Of a stretch of 51,845 nt of DNA, positions 36,571 through 48,300 are shown piece by piece (the first letter of the stretch is position 1; the number at the start of each line of letters is the position of its first letter). The stretch covers positions 1 through 51,845 of IMG/VR virus record IMGVR_UViG_3300035670_013246. One strand, given 5' to 3'. This DNA comes from a virus. Its lineage: Duplodnaviria > Caudoviricetes. Made by a program: the position numbers and the translations under genes. The notes under the pieces were generated by a model, which made no database searches, was not told the DNA's origin, and worked only from the letters and a program-made list of their open reading frames with translations.

Positions 36571-37316
36571 GCTTGATCACACAGCTGCAGAAGCTTGAAC
36601 CGGGCGCTGAGATCCTGCTGTTCGAGCTGGATGGCTCGGATTTTGGCGCCGATATGTTGCGCTTCCATGGACATGCAATACCGCACACGGCACAGGAACT
36701 GGCCGCCGCTGGCGCGAACGCCGACCAGCTGCCTGCCAAGTCGATCTGGTGGCAGGGCAATGAATACGGTGCCTGGCCCATGCAGATCGACGGCATTGAG
36801 GCGAACTCGGACGGCACTGCCGTTCGGCCCACGCTGACCGTGGGCAACGTCAACGGCCGGATCACAGCCTTGTGCCTGGCCTTCGACAACCTGCTTGAGT
36901 TCAAGCTGACCATGCGTCACACCATGGCTCGCTATTTGGATGCTGTGAATTTTCCGGCAGGCAACCCGGAGGCCGACCCGGCCGAGGAAGCTATCGAGGT
37001 CTGGTACATCGACCAGAAGGTGTCCGAGAACGGCACGACTGTGTCTTGGGAGCTGGCCAGCCCTGGCGACGTGGGCGGGGAGACGATCGGCCGGCAGATG
37101 ACGCAACTGTGCCACTGGGCAATGACCGCCGGCTACCGTGGCCCGAACTGCGGCTACACCGGCCCGTACTTCGATCTCGACGGCAATCCCACCAACGATC
37201 CGGCCAAGGACCAGTGCAATGGCTGCCTGGATTCGGGCTGCGTTGTGCGGTTCGGTGAAGGTAATCCGAATAGTTTTGGTGGTTTCCCTGCTGTTTCACT
37301 CATCGCACGGAGCTGA
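36567..37316 (+). CDS. Minor tail protein L-like
   Basis: IWWQGNEY, ARYLDAVNF, Cys cluster, FGGFP. Confidence 0.9.
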   Translation: MSLITQLQKLEPGAEILLFELDGSDFGADMLRFHGHAIPHTAQELAAAGANADQLPAKSIWWQGNEYGAWPMQIDGIEANSDGTAVRPTLTVGNVNGRITALCLAFDNLLEFKLTMRHTMARYLDAVNFPAGNPEADPAEEAIEVWYIDQKVSENGTTVSWELASPGDVGGETIGRQMTQLCHWAMTAGYRGPNCGYTGPYFDLDGNPTNDPAKDQCNGCLDSGCVVRFGEGNPNSFGGFPAVSLIARS

Positions 37317-37318
37317 CC

Positions 37319-38074
37319 ATGCGCAAACACATCCTCGCCGCAGTGCAAGCGCACGCTGCGGACTGCTATCCCACTGAATCGTGCGGGCTGATCCTGGCCG
37401 TGGGCCGCAGACAGGTCTACTTCCCGTGTGCCAACGTGGCCACCGAGCCAACCGAGGAATTCCGGATCGCGCCGGAGCAGTACGCGGCGGCCGAAGACCT
37501 TGGTGAGGTGATCGGCATCGTGCACTCGCACCCAGACGCCACCAGCAGGCCGTCACCGCGCGACCTGGCGATGTGTGAGGCCACCGGCCTGCCTTGGCAC
37601 ATTCTGTCATGGCCGGAGGGCGACCTGCGCACCATCACGCCCACCGGTCATACGCCGCTGCTTGGGCGTCCGTTCGTGCACGGCGCCTGGGACTGCTGGC
37701 AGGTCTGTGCGGACTGGTTCAGGCGCGAGTGGGGTCTGGAGTTTCCAGCGTACGCCAGGGAGGAGGGGTGGTGGGAGCAGGCAGACGGCCCGAGCCTGTA
37801 CGAGCGGGCCTATGAGTCTGCTGGCTTCTACCAGGTCAGCCAGCCGCAGCGCGGCGACATGATCGTCATGGCCGTTGGGCGTACCGCGCACCCGAACCAC
37901 GCGGGCATCTACTTGGGCGGCGACGCACAGCTGCCCAGCGAGCAGGCACAGGTGTTCGGCCCCGGCCCATTCCTGATGCACCACCTGTACGGCAGGCCAT
38001 CAGAAATCATCGTGTTTGGTGGCCCCTGGCTCGACCGGACTCGCCTAGTTCTACGCCATCTAGACGGCAGGTGA
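37319..38074 (+). CDS. Tail assembly protein K-like (JAB + NlpC/P60)
   Basis: ESCGL, IVHSHPD, WDCW, NHAGIYLG. Confidence 0.9.
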   Translation: MRKHILAAVQAHAADCYPTESCGLILAVGRRQVYFPCANVATEPTEEFRIAPEQYAAAEDLGEVIGIVHSHPDATSRPSPRDLAMCEATGLPWHILSWPEGDLRTITPTGHTPLLGRPFVHGAWDCWQVCADWFRREWGLEFPAYAREEGWWEQADGPSLYERAYESAGFYQVSQPQRGDMIVMAVGRTAHPNHAGIYLGGDAQLPSEQAQVFGPGPFLMHHLYGRPSEIIVFGGPWLDRTRLVLRHLDGR

Positions 38075-38103
38075 TACATTCCGCCTTTTCAAGGAGGGAT
38101 GTC

Positions 38104-38580
38104 ATGCGAGTTTTGATCGGGGCGGCAGGTTTGATGCTGCTGGCCGGCTGCGGGAGCTCTGTAGAGGATAAGATGATGTCGGTTTGTACTGACATAGTTA
38201 AAATGTCAGTTGCCGATCCAGGCGCAATGATTGTTAACTCCAGCTCTGTGGTTTCTGCTCAAGCTACAGAGGGAAATGTTACAAGGTTCGCTGGACTTAA
38301 TTCAAAAGGAAAACTTAATGACGACCAGAAGGCTGCACTAGAGATTCGAGTTAAAAATATCTCGAAAATCAAGGAAAGCTATGCAAATGTCGATTATACA
38401 GATAGATCGAGCGGCGCTCGTCGGGAGAAGGCTACCTGTTGGTTCATGGACATAGGCAGTGGATTCGAGCTTGGTTCGGTAACTGCAGCTGGGAAAGGAT
38501 ATTCTGGTATCTCATTGATTTCATTGCTTGTAGCTCATGGTCGCCCTGCTGGTCTGAGTCCGTCGAATATAATTGAGTAA
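38104..38580 (+). CDS. Lipoprotein moron
   Basis: Lipobox LLAGC, AAGGAGG RBS, AT-richer than flanks; extended -10 TGaTACATT at 38072-38080. Confidence 0.8.
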   Translation: MRVLIGAAGLMLLAGCGSSVEDKMMSVCTDIVKMSVADPGAMIVNSSSVVSAQATEGNVTRFAGLNSKGKLNDDQKAALEIRVKNISKIKESYANVDYTDRSSGARREKATCWFMDIGSGFELGSVTAAGKGYSGISLISLLVAHGRPAGLSPSNIIE

Positions 38581-38617
38581 TTCCCGCCAGCCGTGTCGCC
38601 GGTCTACGTTGTGATTA

Positions 38618-38643
38618 TACAGCCCGCATTTTGCGGGCTGTTC
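38618..38643. terminator. Hairpin after the lipoprotein gene
   Basis: ACAGCCCGCA-tt-TTGCGGGCTGT-TC. Confidence 0.6.
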
Positions 38644-38661
38644 TGTATCTGGAGAAGGGAA

Positions 38662-39249
38662 ATGCTGGAAGCGTCACCAATAACAGTTATTAAGCTCTCT
38701 GGGTCGCTGGCTCAGAAATTCGGTCGCACACACCATCGTCAAATCGACAGCGGTGAGACATGGGAGATATTTAAGGCCCTCAAGGTCACGCTGCAGGGAT
38801 TTGAGGAGGAAATCAAACGTTTGGACGGCCTTGGCATGTGCTTCGCCATCTTTCGCAACCGTAAGAACGTTGGACTTAATGACTTGGGAAGGCGCGGAAC
38901 CCAAGAGGTTCGAATTGTTCCAGTCATTGAGGGAAGCAAGCGGGGTGGCATCCTTCAGGTTGTCATCGGCGCAGCCTTGATCATAGCGTCGACATTCGCA
39001 TCTGGTGGCCTCGCTGCAGGCTTGATGGGGGCTGGCGTGGCCAACGTCGCGGGGGGAGCTATCCAACTGCTCAGCCCTCAAGCAAATGGCCTATCGCAGA
39101 GCGCTGCGCCCGAAAACATACCAAGTTACTCTTTCGGCTCTGCTAAGAACACCACAGCAAGCGGCAACCCTGTACCGATCTGCATCGGCGAGCGCCGTTG
39201 GGGCGGGGCAATTATTTCGGCCTCGATCGAGGCGCAAGACAAGGCCTAG
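38662..39249 (+). CDS. Tail assembly protein I-like
   Basis: IKLSGSLAQKFGR, IVPVIEGSKRGG, GNPVPICIGERRWGGAIISA. Confidence 0.9.
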   Translation: MLEASPITVIKLSGSLAQKFGRTHHRQIDSGETWEIFKALKVTLQGFEEEIKRLDGLGMCFAIFRNRKNVGLNDLGRRGTQEVRIVPVIEGSKRGGILQVVIGAALIIASTFASGGLAAGLMGAGVANVAGGAIQLLSPQANGLSQSAAPENIPSYSFGSAKNTTASGNPVPICIGERRWGGAIISASIEAQDKA

Positions 39250-39266
39250 CGCCAACTCAGTGAACA

Positions 39267-39291
39267 GACCGCCTCCGGGCGGTTTTTTATT
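39267..39291 (+). terminator. Intrinsic terminator-like hairpin (near-identical to the one at 32905-32926)
   Basis: ACCGCC-tccg-GGCGGT-TTTTTATT. Confidence 0.65.
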
Positions 39292-39305
39292 GCCCGGAGG
39301 AAAGC

Positions 39306-42300
39306 ATGGGCCCAGCAGATCACGTTGCTATCACTGGCGCCAAGGGCGGCAGCAGCAAGCCGAAAACGCCTGTAGAGGCACCCGATAGCCTGCAGTCCAC
39401 CAACATCGGCAAGATTCTGATTGCCGTGGGGGAGGGGGAGTTCGATGAGGAGCCGACGGATCGCGATATCTACCTCGATAACACCCCGATCATGGATGCC
39501 AGCGGAAGCGTGAATTTCCCTGGGGTGCGGTGGGAGTGGCGCTCGGGCTCGATCGAGCAGGACTACATCCAGGGTATCCCTGCGATCGAGAACGAGACCA
39601 CCGTTAATGTGGAACTGCGCAGCGACAACCCATTTGCCCGAGCCCTGAGCAACATCCAGCTCTCGGCCGTGCGCGTGCGAATGGCCTGGCCGCGCCTGGC
39701 GCAGCAGGACAGCAGTGGCAATACCAACGGCTACCGCATTGAGTACGCCATCGATATCGCTACCGATGGCGGCGCCTATGTCGAGGCGCACCTGGGGGCA
39801 GTGGACGGCAAGACCACCAACGGCTACCAGCGCTCGGTACGCGTCAACCTGCCCAAGGCAACCTCCGGCTGGATGCTGCGCGTGCGCCGTATCACTCCGA
39901 ATGCCAACAGCGGCACCGTGGCCGACACGATGACCATCGCTGGCTACACCGAGATCATCGACCAGAAGCTGCGTTACCCGAACACTGCGCTGCTGTATAT
40001 CGAGTTCGACGCCCAGCAGTTCCAGAACATCCCTGCGGTAACCGTGAAGTGCAAGGCCAAGCGCTGGCCGGTGCCGACCAACTACGATCCCGTTGCGCGC
40101 ACCTATGCCGGCGTATGGGACGGCACCTTCAAGCAGGCCTGGACCAACAACCCGGCGTTTGTGACCTATGGTCTGTGCGTCGAGGACCGTTTTGGCTTGG
40201 GCAAGCGCATCAAGTCGTGGATGGTCGATAAGTGGGAGATGTACCGCATCGCCCAGTATTGCGACCAGCAGGTGCCGAATGGGCAGGGCGGTCAGGAGCC
40301 GCGTTTTCTGTGCGACATGAACCTTCAGGGCCGCGCCGAAGCCTGGACCTTGCTGCGCGACCTCTCGGCGATTTACCGGGGCATGGTGTACTGGGCTCAC
40401 GGCTCTCTGTTCATGCAGGCAGACATGCCGCGCGCCCAGGATATCGACTACGTGTTCACCCGGGCCAACGTCATCGACGGTGAGTTCGTTTACGGCGGTG
40501 CCGAGCGTAACACGCACTACAGCCGGGCTCTGGTCAGCTACGACAACCCGGCCAACAACTATGACACCGATGTAATCCCGGTCACGGACAACACTCTCCA
40601 GCGCCGGTACCGGGACCGGCCGGTGGAGATTTCAGCCATCGGCTGCACCCGTGCGTCCGAGGCCCAGCGCCGCGGCAAGTGGGCGCTGTTGAGCAACAAC
40701 CAGGACCGCACCGTCACATTCAAGACCGGCATGGAAGGGCGCATTCCGCTGCCTGGCTACGTCATTCCCGTCGCAGACGAGCTGGTTGCGGGCCGTCCAA
40801 ACGGCGGTCGGATTTCGGCGGCTGCCGGCCGCGTCGTGACTTTGGACCGTGACACGCCGATCAAGGCTGGCGACCGGCTGATCTTGAATCTGCCGAACGG
40901 CACCGCCCAGGCACGCACGGTGCAGTCGGTCGCCGGCCGCGCGGTGACGGTAACCACCGCGTATGGCGTGCAGCCCGAGCCGGAACTGCAGTGGGCAATC
41001 GATTACCACGACCTGGCGGTGCAGCTGTTCCGGGTGCTGAAGACAACGCGCACCCAAGAGGGCGAGTACGAGATCACCGCGCTCGAGTTCAACCCGAGCA
41101 AATTCGCGGCGATCGATACCGGCGCCAAGCTGGACGAGCGACCGATCAGCGTTATCCCGGTGACCACCGTGCAGCCCCCGGCTAGCGTTACTCTGTCGTC
41201 CGCCCACATGATCGACCAGGGGCTCGCGGTCAGCACCATGACCATCGCCTGGCCGGCAGTGGAGGGCGCTGTCGCCTATGACGTGGAGTGGCGCAAGGAC
41301 AACGGCAACTGGGTTCGCGTACAGCGCACCGGTGCGGCGTCTGTCGACGTGGTTGGTATTTACGCTGGCGCCTACTTGGCGCGTGTGCGTGCGGTAAGTG
41401 CGTTCGACAGTACATCGATCTGGAAGAGCTCGGCTCTGACCCAGCTGAACGGCAAAGAGGGCTTGCCAGCGGCCGTTACCTTCCTGACCACCGAGAGCCT
41501 GCTGTTCGGCATCGGTATCAAGTGGGGCTTTCCGGCCGGAGCCGAGGACACCCAGCGTACTGAGCTGTGGTACAGCGAAGGCGCTGAACTGGACAAGGCC
41601 ACCAAGCTGGCCGACCTGGCCTACCCGCAAAACGAACACGTCATGCAGGGGCTGCGCGCCGGGCAGACGTTCTACTTCTGGGTCCGTCTGGTAGACCGCA
41701 CTGGTAACGTCGGTCCTTGGTATCCGGTCGGCGGCGCAGTGGTCAGTGGCCAGGCCAGTGCAGACGCAGGCCCTATCCTCGAACAGATTGCAAAACAGAT
41801 CACCGAGACCGAGCTGGGTAAGGAACTGACCGAACGCATCGACCTGATCGACAAGAATGGACCCGGCTCGGTTAATGAACGCGTTGGTGAGGTCCGCAAC
41901 GAGCTCAACGAGCAGATTGCCGAGGTCAATTCATCAATCCAGTCGGTCAATGACTCGTTGACGGCCGCGCGGGATGATTTGCAGCTGCAGATCAATGCGG
42001 TAGACCAGGATGTCGAAGCCGCCAAAGTCGCGCTCCAGCAACAGATCGCCGCGGTTGATCAGGAGGTTGATGCTGCCAAGGCAGACCTGCAGCAGCAGAT
42101 CAACAGCGTGTCCGTGCTGGCCGGCTCGCTGCCGTACAACAAGGACAAGGCCTACAGCATTAACCAGGGCACACTGGGCGCCGACGGCAAGCTGTATCAG
42201 GCGTTGAAGGCGGTACCGAAGAACAACCCGCCGCCAAACGCGACGTACTGGACGGATGTTGGCCAGGCCATCGTCACGGCGGCCGGTACCGCCGCGCGTG

Positions 42301-45300
42301 TGTCCAAGGTCGAAACTGACGTGACCACGCTGGACGGCAAGACGACTGCCCAGGCCACGCAGCTCAATGGCCTGCAGACCAGCCTGACCACCATCAACCA
42401 GAACGTGACCACCGCGCAGCAGGCAGCTGAAGCGGCAAACACGCTGGCAGGTGGCAAGGGCAAGGTCATCATCCAGGCGGCGGCCCCGGCGGTTGCCGAT
42501 CGGCTGGCCCAGAATCTCTGGATCGATACCACGGGCAACGCCAACACGCCGAAACGCTGGAGTGGCAGCGCCTGGGTGGCGGTCACGGACAAGGCTGCTA
42601 CGGATGCGGCGGCGGCGGCCGCGAGCGCTTTGGCGCTGGCCCAGACCAAGGCTGACGCCACGGTGGTAAACAACCTGACCCTGCGCGTCTCGGATGCCGA
42701 GGGCAAGCTGGTGGCCGAAGGTCAGCGGCTGGATGGCATGCAGACCAGCCTGGACGGCAAGGCGACCTCGGCCGCCCTGCAGCAGGTCACCAGCCGTGTC
42801 ACCGCGACCGAAGGTAAGAACGCCACTCAAGACCAGCAGATCAGCTCGCAGAGTTCTGCCATCGTCTCGCTCACCGACAGCGTGGCCAAGAAGGCCGAAG
42901 TCTCGACCGTGCAGGCCCTTAGCAACGTGGTGAACCAGCAAGGTCAAGACCTCGCTGCGCAGGGGCAGTCGCTGGTCAGCATCAATGCTGCTCTGCCGAC
43001 GATGGGCGGAGAGAACCTGGTCTACAACCCCTCGTTCGAGCGACAAACCGATAACAATGGCGTTGCCCAGGCATGGTGGCACGACCGGTCGAGCAACGTC
43101 GGCAGCAGCGTGCCGTCGCTGGTCCCCTCGAAGCTTGCCGCAGGTGTCGCGCAGCGTCTTGATGTCACCGACATTCCCACCAATGGCTGGGCCCGGGTTT
43201 ATCTGCGGGCGTCGCTCAAAGCGATCAAAGTCCGGCCGGGCGCCGTTTACACCGCCTCGGTGTACATGCGGGGCACTGCAGGGCTGCGGATTTTGGCCCA
43301 GGTGTATAGCCGAGACGCGGCCGGGGTCAACAGCGTTTCATGGCCAGGCAACCGAGTCGACGCAGCCGAGACATGGCAGCGGGTATCGGTGACCTTCACC
43401 GCCACCGACCAGACCGTCGACGTCTGGCCAGCGGCGGTTGTCTATGGTGGGGCCGGTGTCACTGCAGGGTTTATCGAAGTCGATCAGTACCAGCTGGAGG
43501 AGGGTTCCCAAGCAAGTGGTTGGCGTGACAATGGACAGGTCGAGGCCGGGAACCAGGCGGCCACAGCGGCCGCTGTCGATGCCATGTCCGCCAAGGTGAC
43601 CCAACAGGGCGCCGACCTGGCCAGCGTGTCGAGCAAGACCACCTCCCTGGAAAACAGCCTGACCACTACCAATGGCAACGTCACGACGGCGCAGCAGGCG
43701 GCACAAGCGGCGTCCGACGCGGCCGGTGCCAAGGGCAAGGTGCTGTACCAGTCGACCGCGCCGGCCGTGGCAGATCGCCTGGCCCAGAACCTGTGGATCG
43801 ACACCACGGGCAATGCCAACACGCCGAAACGCTGGAACGGCAGCACCTGGGTGGCGGTGAGCGACAAGGTGGCCACGGACGCGGCCGCCGCCGCAGCCAG
43901 TGCGCTGAGTCAGGTGGCCACCAAGGCAGAAGCGTCGGCCGTGAACTCGCTGACCAACCGGGTGATCAGCGCCGAAGGCACTCTCACCAGCAACAGCAGC
44001 GATATCACCCAGCTGAAGAACAGCCTGAGTGCCGCGCAGTCGTTCGTTGCCGGTAAGGCGTGGGAGTTCACCGGCTCGGCCCGGGGATGGTTCGGCACCA
44101 TCAGTGGCTCGACATTTGTCGCGGGTCCGTTGTTCGCGACTGCCAGCAACTGCCCTAACCTGCAGTGTAACTTTACCCCGACGTTCCCAGGCGCCGAAAA
44201 CCCGTACTTGCGCATCCGGCTGCGTCGGCGCAACACGGCCCGCGCAGGCGCGCAGATGTATTGGGCGAACGAAGATGGCGGCCTGGCAGAAGCCCGGCGC
44301 ATGGCCTGGACGATCAACACCGCCACGACCGATTGGCAGGATATCGAGATTGACCTGTCTGGCCACACTGGCTGGACCGGCAAGAATATCTTGGCGATTC
44401 GCCTGGACATGATGAGCGCGGCGGACACCACGGGCGAAATGGACATTGCCTACATCGCCGTCGGCCGGCGCTCGGTTGCGGCGTCTGCGGAAGCGGTATC
44501 CAGCCTGAGCAGTGCTGTCAGCGACGCAGATGGCAAGCTGACCAGTCAGGGCGGGTCTATCGTCAGCTTGCAAAACGGTCTGACTACGACCAATCAGGGC
44601 GTTACCGCTGCCCAGCAAGCGGCGCAGGCGGCCGCGACGGCGGCGGGGGCGAAAGGCGAGGTCATCTATGGATCGACCGCGCCTGCAGCTGACAAGCGCC
44701 TGGCGCAAAACCTGTGGATCGACACCACCGGCAACGCCAATACGCCGAAACGCTGGAGCGGTAGCGGCTGGGTCGCGGTGAGCGACAAGGTGGCCACCGA
44801 TGCAGCTGCAGCAGCTCAATCGGCACTGACGGAAGTGGCCAAGAAAGCTGACGCCTCGACCGTGCAGGCGCTGAGCAACGTGGTCAATCAGCACGGGCAG
44901 GATCTGACAGCGCAGGGGCAATCGCTGACAGAGATCAAAGTCTCGATCGGCCAGGCAGGCGGTGAAAACTGGATCTACAACCCGTCGTTTGAAAAACAGG
45001 GCTCCAATGGCTTTGCCGAGGGCTGGGCCGCTGCCGGCGCAAGCGGGGTCAACACGACCGCGAGCCTGGTGGCGTCGGCTATGGCCGCTGGCGAGATAGC
45101 GCAGCGTATCGATGTGACGGGGATATCAGCGTCTGCCTGGTCCAGAATCGGCAACCCGTCAGCTCGACGGATCGAGGTAACCCGCGGCACGCCGGTCACG
45201 ATGTCTGCGTTTGTTCGTGGCACGCCCGGGGTCAATGTGCGGTGCGAGATCCAATTCTTGAACAGCGCAGGGGTTGGCATCAGTGGGGTGCCGGTCGCCG

Positions 45301-48300
45301 CCAATACGCCATTGACCTCAGAGTTTGCCCGGATCTCGCACAGTGTTGTCCCGCCTCAGGGTGCAGTCAGGTGCAATTACTTCGTCACGATTTACGGCAC
45401 TGCGTCGATCAACGCCGGCTTCATGGAGGTGGACAGAACCCAGATTGAATTCAGCCCCGTCATGACGGGATGGCGCGATAACGGTGCCGTCAACTCGGCC
45501 GCTGCTGCTGCCACTTCGACCGCTGTTCAGAACCTCAGTGGCCGAGTGGATCAGACGGAGTCTTCACTGACAGCCCAGTCCGGAGCGGTCGTTTCACTCC
45601 AAAATGGGCTGACCACCACCAATGGTAACGTCACGGCGGCGCAGCAGGCCGCTCAAGCCGCCGCAACGGCAGCAGGTGCAAAGGGCGAGGTGATCTACGG
45701 AGCTGCTGCGCCGGCGGCTGACAAACGTCTTGCGCAGAATCTGTGGATCGACACCACTGGGAATGCCAACATGCCCAAGCGCTGGAGCGGTTCGGCCTGG
45801 GTGCCTGTGACGGATAAAGTGGCCACGGATGCCGCCGCCGCCGCTGCCAGTGCGTTGAGTCAGGTGGCCAACAAGGCAGATGCCTCAGCGGTGCAGGCCC
45901 TGACCAACACCGTTTCACAACAAGGCCAGCAGATAACCGCCGATGGCCAGGCGCTTGTCAGTATCAATGCCAACCTTTCACAGCGGCTGGACAACAGCCC
46001 CACCAAGGTTTATCAGAGCGTGTTTTCGGACATGGCGCTTGATAAATGGGTTTCCACCAATAGCGGCGCAGGCTCCACCGCGTCGTTCTCGAACGTTGCC
46101 GGGAATGCCAGCGGCGCTACCTTGACGTTGAGCGGCGGTGGCAGCAACGCAACCTGGTGGGGGGCTTCGACCCGGAAAATCCGGTTTGACCCAGAGAGGC
46201 TTTACAAGCTCACAGTGCGCGTTCAACAGCTCACCCTCGGCAAGGGCGCTCCCGTGACCTATGCGGGGCTTGATGGTTTTGCCGAAGATGGTGTGACGCG
46301 CATTACCACCACTGGTACTTCCGGGGTCGGCTCTTCGCATTACGTGGTCATCAATGGCAGGCCTCAGCCACAAGGGGAGTGGGTGACCCACACTTCGTAC
46401 GTCAAAGGTCACACTGTCGGGAGCGAGACCGGCGGGGCGGGTGCCGGTACCGTTGCAGATCCCAAGCGGATGAAGGCAGGGGTCGCCTGGATATCGCCGA
46501 TGGTTATCGCGGGTTACAGCATGGTAGGCGGTGACCTGGCGGTGGACTTCTTCACCATTGACGATGTCACCGAGCAGGCGCAAATCGACAGCAATGCGAC
46601 AGCTACAAGTGCTTTGACCGGGCGGGTAACGTTGACGGAACAGGGGCTGACCAGCGCGTCTGGACAGTTGACCGAGCTGACCAACAGCATCGGTGATGCT
46701 GGATCAGAAAACCTGGTGTTCAATCCGTCGTTCGAAAAGGTGGACCCAGGCACCCCAGGCATGGCGGATGGCTGGTGGTATGACGGTACGGCGAGCGGTG
46801 GTCGCACGCCTACGCTGGTGCAATCAAGCCTGGCCTCGGGCTTTGCCCAGCGCCTGGATGTGACAGGCCTGACCCCAACGACCTGGGCTCGGGTCTATGT
46901 GAAATCGGTGGCCAGGTTTAAACCGGTACCGGGGAAGACTTACACCGCGTCCGTGTACCTGCGCGGCACGCCAGGCCTGCGGATTCTTCCGCAGGTGTAC
47001 GGGACCAGCGAAGCGGGATCAGGCCTTGAAACTTGGCCAGGGGCCCGGGTGGATGCCACTGAATCCTGGGTCCGGTTGTCTGTGACCTTTACCCCTGGTT
47101 CCGCCACCGCCAGGATCTATGCGGCATTCGTCGTGTATGGCGGCGCTTCGGTCAGTGGTGGTTACATTGAGGCCGATCGCTACCAGATCGAGGAGGGCAG
47201 CCGTGTCACGGGCTGGAGGGACAACGGACAGGCCATGAGCGCCCAGCAGTCCGCGACGTCTGCGGCTGTCGAATCGCTTACCTCTACCGTCTCGCAGCAA
47301 GGCAGCACGCTGTCCAGTGTGGGGAGCCGCACCACCAGTCTGGAAAACAGCCTGACTACTACCAATGGCAACGTCACGGCGGCGCAGCAGGCGGCACAAG
47401 CGGCGTCCGACGCGGCCGGTGCCAAGGGCAAGGTGCTGTACCAGTCGACCGCGCCGGCCGTGGCAGATCGCCTGGCCCAGAACCTGTGGATCGACACCAC
47501 CGGTAACGCCAACACGCCGAAACGGTGGAATGGCAGCACCTGGGTGGCGGTGAGCGACAAGGTGGCCACTGATGCTGCCGCCGCAGCGGCCGCAGCCAAT
47601 GCCCTGGCTGCGACCAAAGCGGATGCGTCGGCGGTGAACCTGCTGACCAACCGTGTCAGCAATGCCGAAGGCGTGCTCAGCAGCCAGAGCAGCGATATCA
47701 CCCAGCTCAAGAACAGCTTTGGCACTGCCCAGCCATTCGTGGCGGGCAAGGCCTGGGAGTTCATCGGCTCTACTCAAGGATGGGTAGGCACCATCGCCGG
47801 TTCGACCTTCACCGCTGGCCCGCTGTTCGCCACGGCGAGCAAATGCCCGAACCTGCAGTGCAACTTCACCCCGGCGATTGCCGGCGCCGAGAATCCTTAC
47901 CTGCGCATCCGGCTGCGTCGACGCAATACCACCCGCGCGGGAGCCCAGATGTATTGGGCGAACGAGGATGGCGGCCTGGCCGAAGCTCGCCGCATGGCGT
48001 GGACCATCAATCTGACCACCAACGATTGGCAAGACATTGAGTTTGACCTGTCTGGCCACGCCGGCTGGAACGGGAAAAACATCATCGCCATTCGCCTGGA
48101 CATGATGAACGCGGTGGACTCGTCAGGTGAAATCGACGTTGCCTACATCGCGGTTGGCCGCCGCTCGGCGGCTGCCTCGGCGCAGGCGGTGGCTAGCCTG
48201 GAGAGCAACGTTACCCAGCAGGGCGGCAAGCTCACCGCCGAGGGGCTGCGAATCGATGGGCTTTATACGTCGGTGGGCGATGCCAACGCGGCGATTCAGA

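Noticed and set aside
43338-48059. Long - strand ORFs (527 aa, 346 aa) with repeated segments
   Set aside because: Antisense to J; their repeats simply mirror the J repeats.
42378-48240. J repeats as a CRISPR array, DGR TR/VR pair or shufflon
   Set aside because: The repeats are long, coding and direct. I saw no adenine-specific mismatch pattern, and there is no reverse transcriptase, cas gene or adjacent invertase with inverted sites.
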